Source of the DNA: Candidatus Limnocylindria bacterium
GTDB taxonomy: Bacteria > Chloroflexota > Limnocylindria > QHBO01
Reading direction: 5' to 3'
Length of the DNA: 64,000 nt
NCBI GenBank assembly: GCA_036556695.1
Contig: DATBIY010000006.1
Span: 22,231-86,230, forward strand
Positions within the stretch are counted from its first letter, which is position 1. Every line of letters starts with the position of its first letter. This document shows positions 60,318-64,000 of this stretch, piece by piece. Position numbers and translations under genes: made by a program. The notes beneath the pieces are model-generated. The model did not search any database. It was not told the origin of the DNA and saw only the letters and a list, made by a program, of their open reading frames with translations.

Positions 60318-61705
60318 CAGCCCGGCCGCTCCCCGGCGGCGCGCATCTCCTTCCAGCGCGTCACCAGGTACGGCTTCAGCTCCTCGAACTCGCGCGCCTG
60401 GGAGTCGATGACGCGCTCCGCCTGGTCCGTGGTCATCTCCAGCGTCTCGCCGATGAAGCCGGCTGTGCGAGCGAAGTACAGCGGCGTCAGCGCGGCCAAC
60501 AGCTGCTCACGATCGGCTCCGGGGCGGTGGAAGGCGACCATGGTGTCGTACAGGCAGCGGATCCACAGCTCGGCCGGGAAGTGGAAGGCAGGCGGCTCTG
60601 GCGGGATCTCCAGGGTCATGACCCGCTCCAGCTGCTCCGGGGCCAGCATCCCGTCCCACACCTGGCGCTGCGCCAGCCGGGCGGTGTCGAAGTTGTCGAT
60701 CAGCTTGGCGTGGTTGACGTCGATCATCTCCGGGGCGATGACCCGCTCGAATCCGTACTCCGGGATGGGGTGCGAGCCGCGGACCCGGAGCCATCGGTCC
60801 TCGTAGACCGCGGCCAGCCGGAAGAGCGTGCCGACCACCTGCCGAAACATCGGCCCAAGGTCGGAGGCTGGATCCTTGGCGTCGTGGATCTTTGCGCCCA
60901 GGCGTGCCTGGCAGACGGCGAAGCCCTCGTTGATGGCCGAGTGCGTCATCCAGATGTCGATCCCGAAGCGCGCCGTGAGCTCGTCGAAGGTGTCCAGCTC
61001 CAGGTAGCGCTCCACCAGGTCGCCCGATACCGCGAACTCACCACCGATGGGCTGCCGAATCCGCGCCCCGTACAGCGCCCGGGTCAGCGGGTAGGCGATG
61101 TTGTTGGTGATGGTGCCGTCGTACTTGAAGCGCGCGTACATGGGCGCCACGAAGTCGTAGCCGCCCTTGAGGATCGGCCCGGCCAGCAGCTCGATCCACT
61201 CCGGCGCGATGCTGCGCAGGTCGGAGTCGACCATCACGAAGGCCTTGACCTTCAGCTCGCGCGCCACCTCGAACAGGGCGCGCACCGCGGTGCCCTTCCC
61301 GCTGATGCCCTGGTAGGTGAAGCTGATGCGCTGCAGCTTGTGGCGCGGGCTGACCAGGATGATCTTCTCGATGTAGTCCGGGCTCTCGGTGCTGACCGCC
61401 ACCCGGGGCGTGTCATCCGGTGAGCCGCCGTCGCTGTTGACCATGATCGGCTTGAGATCCGGGAAGTACTGGACCATGCCTGCGGTGGCAGCGCGCACGA
61501 CGTAACCGATGGTCTCCGCGTTGCCGAAGCTGGGGATGCCGACCATCAGGTCGGCGCTTCCCACGCGCCGGACCTCGGCCAGCCCCTTGGCGTCGAGCGC
61601 CGATTCCGGCGGAGCTGGCGAGGTGGTCGTCACCGGCTTGCCTCCTGGAGCATCGAGCGTGGGGTTCGGGCTCGGGAAGGAAGCGTAGCACCGCCAGTGC
61701 CCCAC
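60317..61705 (-). CDS. GT-A-fold glycosyltransferase, paralogous partner of the upstream GpgS-like gene
   Basis: VGIPSFGNAETIG...MVNSDGGSPDDT...FVMVDSDLR indicates a nucleotide-sugar transferase fold. Stop/start overlap with the upstream gene. Confidence 0.6.
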
Positions 61706-61733
61706 GGTCCGCCGCGCGGCCAGGTGCCGTGAC

Positions 61734-62459
61734 TCAGTCGTGGGACCGGGATTGCTCCGCTGGCTCGGACTCGTCCTCGATGTGCACTCGCCGCTTCGGC
61801 CGCACGCCGAAGAGCCGCTGCACGGGCGAGGGGCCGCGCACCTCGGCGGTGGAGATCTGCAGCCAGTCCTCGCACACCTCGCCGGGGCGGTAGCGCGAGT
61901 TCACGTGCTTGGCGATGTAGTGCTCGAAGCCGGCGGCCCGCCAGCCGAGCAGCCAGTTGGCGAGGGGCAGCCGCACCGCCGGGCTGATGCGCACCCGCAC
62001 GTCCTCGGCCACCACCGAGGTCAGCAGCCGGCGTCGTTCCAGGTACGGGATGTCGTGCAGCGGCTGGCCGTCCAGCTCCACCAGGTCGACCGCCACGAAG
62101 GCGCGGCGCGGCTCGTTCTCGATGGGATCGGGCAGCTCCTCGGCCAGCCCTTCCTCGGCGATCGCATCGGCCAGGTGGCGCGCGGCGCTCCCCTCGCCGA
62201 CGAACGGCATGTTGGTCCACACGCCGTCGATGAGCGCCTCGTCGGCATCGAGCGCCGGCTCGAGCACCTCGGCCGCCTCGCGCAGCTCATCGGCCACCGG
62301 TTCGCCGGTCGCGTCGGTGACCGTCACCCGGCCGTCGCGCAGGCGGGCCATCAGGCGCTCGCCCTTCCAGGCAGGCTCGAACATCCACTCGGTGCTTTGC
62401 ACGACGGCGTCGGATGGCGTGGCGCGCTGCGGCAGGTCGGTCGCGTCGGGGGCTGTCAT
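61734..62459 (-). CDS. Second LigD-ligase-domain homologue with a degenerate motif I (predicted pseudo-ligase paralogue)
   Basis: WMFEPAWKGERL in place of EPKWDGxR, motif III-like EALIDGVW, motif IV IAKHVNSRYRPG retained, motif V WLQIS with Lys lost. Same length class (241 aa) as the Ku-adjacent paralogue. Confidence 0.6.
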   Translation of the reverse strand: MTAPDATDLPQRATPSDAVVQSTEWMFEPAWKGERLMARLRDGRVTVTDATGEPVADELREAAEVLEPALDADEALIDGVWTNMPFVGEGSAARHLADAIAEEGLAEELPDPIENEPRRAFVAVDLVELDGQPLHDIPYLERRRLLTSVVAEDVRVRISPAVRLPLANWLLGWRAAGFEHYIAKHVNSRYRPGEVCEDWLQISTAEVRGPSPVQRLFGVRPKRRVHIEDESEPAEQSRSHD

Positions 62460-62663
62460 CGTCCGCAGTAAGGTACCGCCCTCGCGCGCTGGGCGTTCAA
62501 GCCCGGCCCGATATGACCGGGCAGTTATGGGAACGACGCGATCGGCGTCAAATCTGCGCGATCCATCACCCGGGGTCTTCGGAACGGCAGGTTTCGGCTC
62601 GAAACGGTCATTTTCATGACTGGTGGGTTATACGACCGGTGCGAAGCGGCCGCGGCACAGGGC

Positions 62664-63983
62664 TCAGCCAGGGCCGTAGAGGTCCAGCTGCCCCTCTTCG
62701 ACCTCGGCGCCGACCTCGGTGCGGATCTGCTCCCAGGCATCCAGGTCCCACTCACCCACGAAGGTGATGGCCGTCCCCTCCTTGCCGGCGCGTCCGGTGC
62801 GGCCGATGCGGTGGACGTAGGTGTCGGCGTCCTCGGGGATGTCGTAGGACAGGACGTAGGGCAGGTCGGTGATGTCCAGCCCGCGGCTGGCGACGTTGGT
62901 GGCCACCAGAAACTGGATCCGCCCAGCCTTGAAGTCGGCCAGGGTGCGGGTCCGCTCGCGCTGGCTCATGCCGCCGTGCAGGGCCGCCACGTTCTTGCCG
63001 CGGCGCTTCAGGGTCAGGGCCAGGCGGTCGACGCCGATCTGAGTGTGACGGAAGACCAGGAGCCGATCGAACCCGAACTGCTCGGTCAGCTCGACCAGGG
63101 CGCGCACCTTGTCCTGCTCGGCCACGAAGTAGACCAGCTGGCGCACGGTCTCGACCGTCTTGGTCTCGGGCTTGACCACGATGTGCTCGGCGTTGCGGTC
63201 CATGAACCGATCGCAGATGCGCAGGATGGCGTAGGGCATCGTCGCGCTGAACAGGGCCGTCTGGCGGTTGCGCGGGCAGCGGGCCAGGATCGTCTCCACG
63301 TCGACGATGAAGCCCATGTCCAGCATGCGGTCGGCCTCGTCCAGGATCACGGTGTTCACCCGGTCGAGGCGCAGCTCACCGCGGCGGATCAGGTCCAGCA
63401 CCCGTCCCGGGGTGCCGACCACCACCGGCGTCCCCTTCTTCAGTGCGGTGATCTGGCGATCCATGCTCGAGCCGCCGTAAATGGCCACTGCGCCGACGTT
63501 GCGGAAGACGCCGATGCGCCGGATCTCCTCGGTGACCTGCACGCACAGCTCGCGCGTCGGGGTCAGGATCAGCGCCTGCACGTGGCGGGCAGACGGGTCT
63601 ACCTTCTCGACGATGGGAATGCCGAAGGCCGCGGTCTTCCCGGTACCGGTCTGCGCCTGGCCGATGAGGTCCTCGCCCGCGCGCAGCGGTCCGATGGCGC
63701 GCGCCTGCACCTCGGTGGGCTGGGTAAAGCCCATTTTTTCGATGGCGCGGGCGATGGTGGGCGGCAGCTCGATGTCGCCGAAGCGGTAGCTCTTCTGGGC
63801 CGCCAGCACGGCGGCGAGCAGTGGCGATTCCTCGGGGGATTCCTCGGGCTGCGTGGCGGTGGCGGCGACGGCCGCCTGGCCGTTGGTGGCCGGCGCGCGG
63901 CGCCGGGTTCGAGAGCGGCGCGGCGCCGGCCGGGCGTCGATTTCTGGCAAATGCATCCTCGTTTCTGCCGCGGATCCTAGCAC
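62664..63983 (-). CDS. DEAD-box ATP-dependent RNA helicase
   Basis: Q-motif (F...TQPTEVQ), motif I AQTGTGKT, motif II DEAD, SAT, HRIGRTGR. Arg-rich N-terminal extension. Confidence 0.9.
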   Translation of the reverse strand: MLGSAAETRMHLPEIDARPAPRRSRTRRRAPATNGQAAVAATATQPEESPEESPLLAAVLAAQKSYRFGDIELPPTIARAIEKMGFTQPTEVQARAIGPLRAGEDLIGQAQTGTGKTAAFGIPIVEKVDPSARHVQALILTPTRELCVQVTEEIRRIGVFRNVGAVAIYGGSSMDRQITALKKGTPVVVGTPGRVLDLIRRGELRLDRVNTVILDEADRMLDMGFIVDVETILARCPRNRQTALFSATMPYAILRICDRFMDRNAEHIVVKPETKTVETVRQLVYFVAEQDKVRALVELTEQFGFDRLLVFRHTQIGVDRLALTLKRRGKNVAALHGGMSQRERTRTLADFKAGRIQFLVATNVASRGLDITDLPYVLSYDIPEDADTYVHRIGRTGRAGKEGTAITFVGEWDLDAWEQIRTEVGAEVEEGQLDLYGPG

Positions 63984-64000
63984 GCCAGTGGCCGTCTTGA

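Noticed and set aside
62560-62620. GTTTCG-gct-CGAAAC hairpin followed by ATTTTC between the helicase and the second ligase-like gene
   Set aside because: The T-tract is on the plus strand, where no gene ends, so it is more likely fortuitous or part of the promoter/5' leader of the minus-strand gene.

Overview
This window is high-GC (about 70%), densely packed bacterial chromosome with no transposase, integrase or CRISPR array. The gene content is Gram-positive-like: a PASTA Ser/Thr kinase, an LCP-family protein, Ku, and a sortase-type sorting signal. It is probably an actinobacterial or Thermoleophilia/Chloroflexi-like lineage, but this is tentative. About 66 genes were called from motif reading of the six-frame ORF track plus manual reading for the edge gene and the RNA features. 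Many Arg/Ala-rich ORFs on the track are GC artefacts that overlap real genes and were discarded.

Genes by region:
- 1-1311, minus strand: partial GltD-like Fe-S/FAD oxidoreductase that runs off the window start.
- 1.4-8.2 kb: class B penicillin-binding protein, LmbE/PIG-L deacetylase, SbcC and SbcD.
- 8.3-16.6 kb: a long minus-strand gene string headed by a clear TPP riboswitch. In order it carries thiamine pyrophosphokinase, an ECF S-component (YkoE-like), the ECF ATPase (EcfA) and EcfT, then, tightly packed behind them, a GcvT-family aminomethyltransferase, a CrtI-family FAD oxidoreductase, an alpha/beta hydrolase and Bcp.
- 16.6-20.1 kb: lipoprotein, M23 peptidase, beta-propeller protein and a membrane protein.
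- 20.2-25.5 kb: a 1138-aa HTH-GAFx3-GGDEF-degenerate-HD-GYP signalling protein, a lipoprotein and a ChaA-like cation antiporter.
- 25.5-29.4 kb: a WYL regulator, a CYTH protein and a Wzy_C/TPR membrane protein that looks like one operon.
- 29.4-35.3 kb: a DNA-repair and stress neighbourhood. It holds Ku, an adjacent LigD-ligase-domain homologue with all catalytic lysines replaced, a receiver protein, OsmC, two hypotheticals and an intact ATP-dependent DNA ligase.
- 35.3-42.3 kb: a fused APH-like kinase/class-III aminotransferase, a KGG stress protein, tRNA-Glu, GalU, a PknB-like kinase and thioredoxin.
- 42.3-49.1 kb: a Cys-rich two-CW protein, FolC-FolP-FolB, HtrA and an OmpR-type two-component system.
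- 49.2-55.2 kb: L25/Ctc, a DUF378 protein divergent from a MerR/B12-binding (CarH/LitR-like) regulator, aldehyde dehydrogenase, a vWA surface protein, tRNA-Thr and a DUF4332 protein.
- 55.2-64 kb: LCP, Nth, glycerate kinase, a UspA-UspA-GpgS-like glycosyltransferase fusion plus a second glycosyltransferase, a second degenerate ligase-like paralogue and a DEAD-box helicase.

The most interesting points are the pseudo-ligase pair (one next to Ku), the riboswitch-controlled operon that extends into unexpected enzymes, the WYL-CYTH-Wzy_C cassette, the stress-domain-fused glucosylglycerate-type cluster and the large HTH-GGDEF protein.
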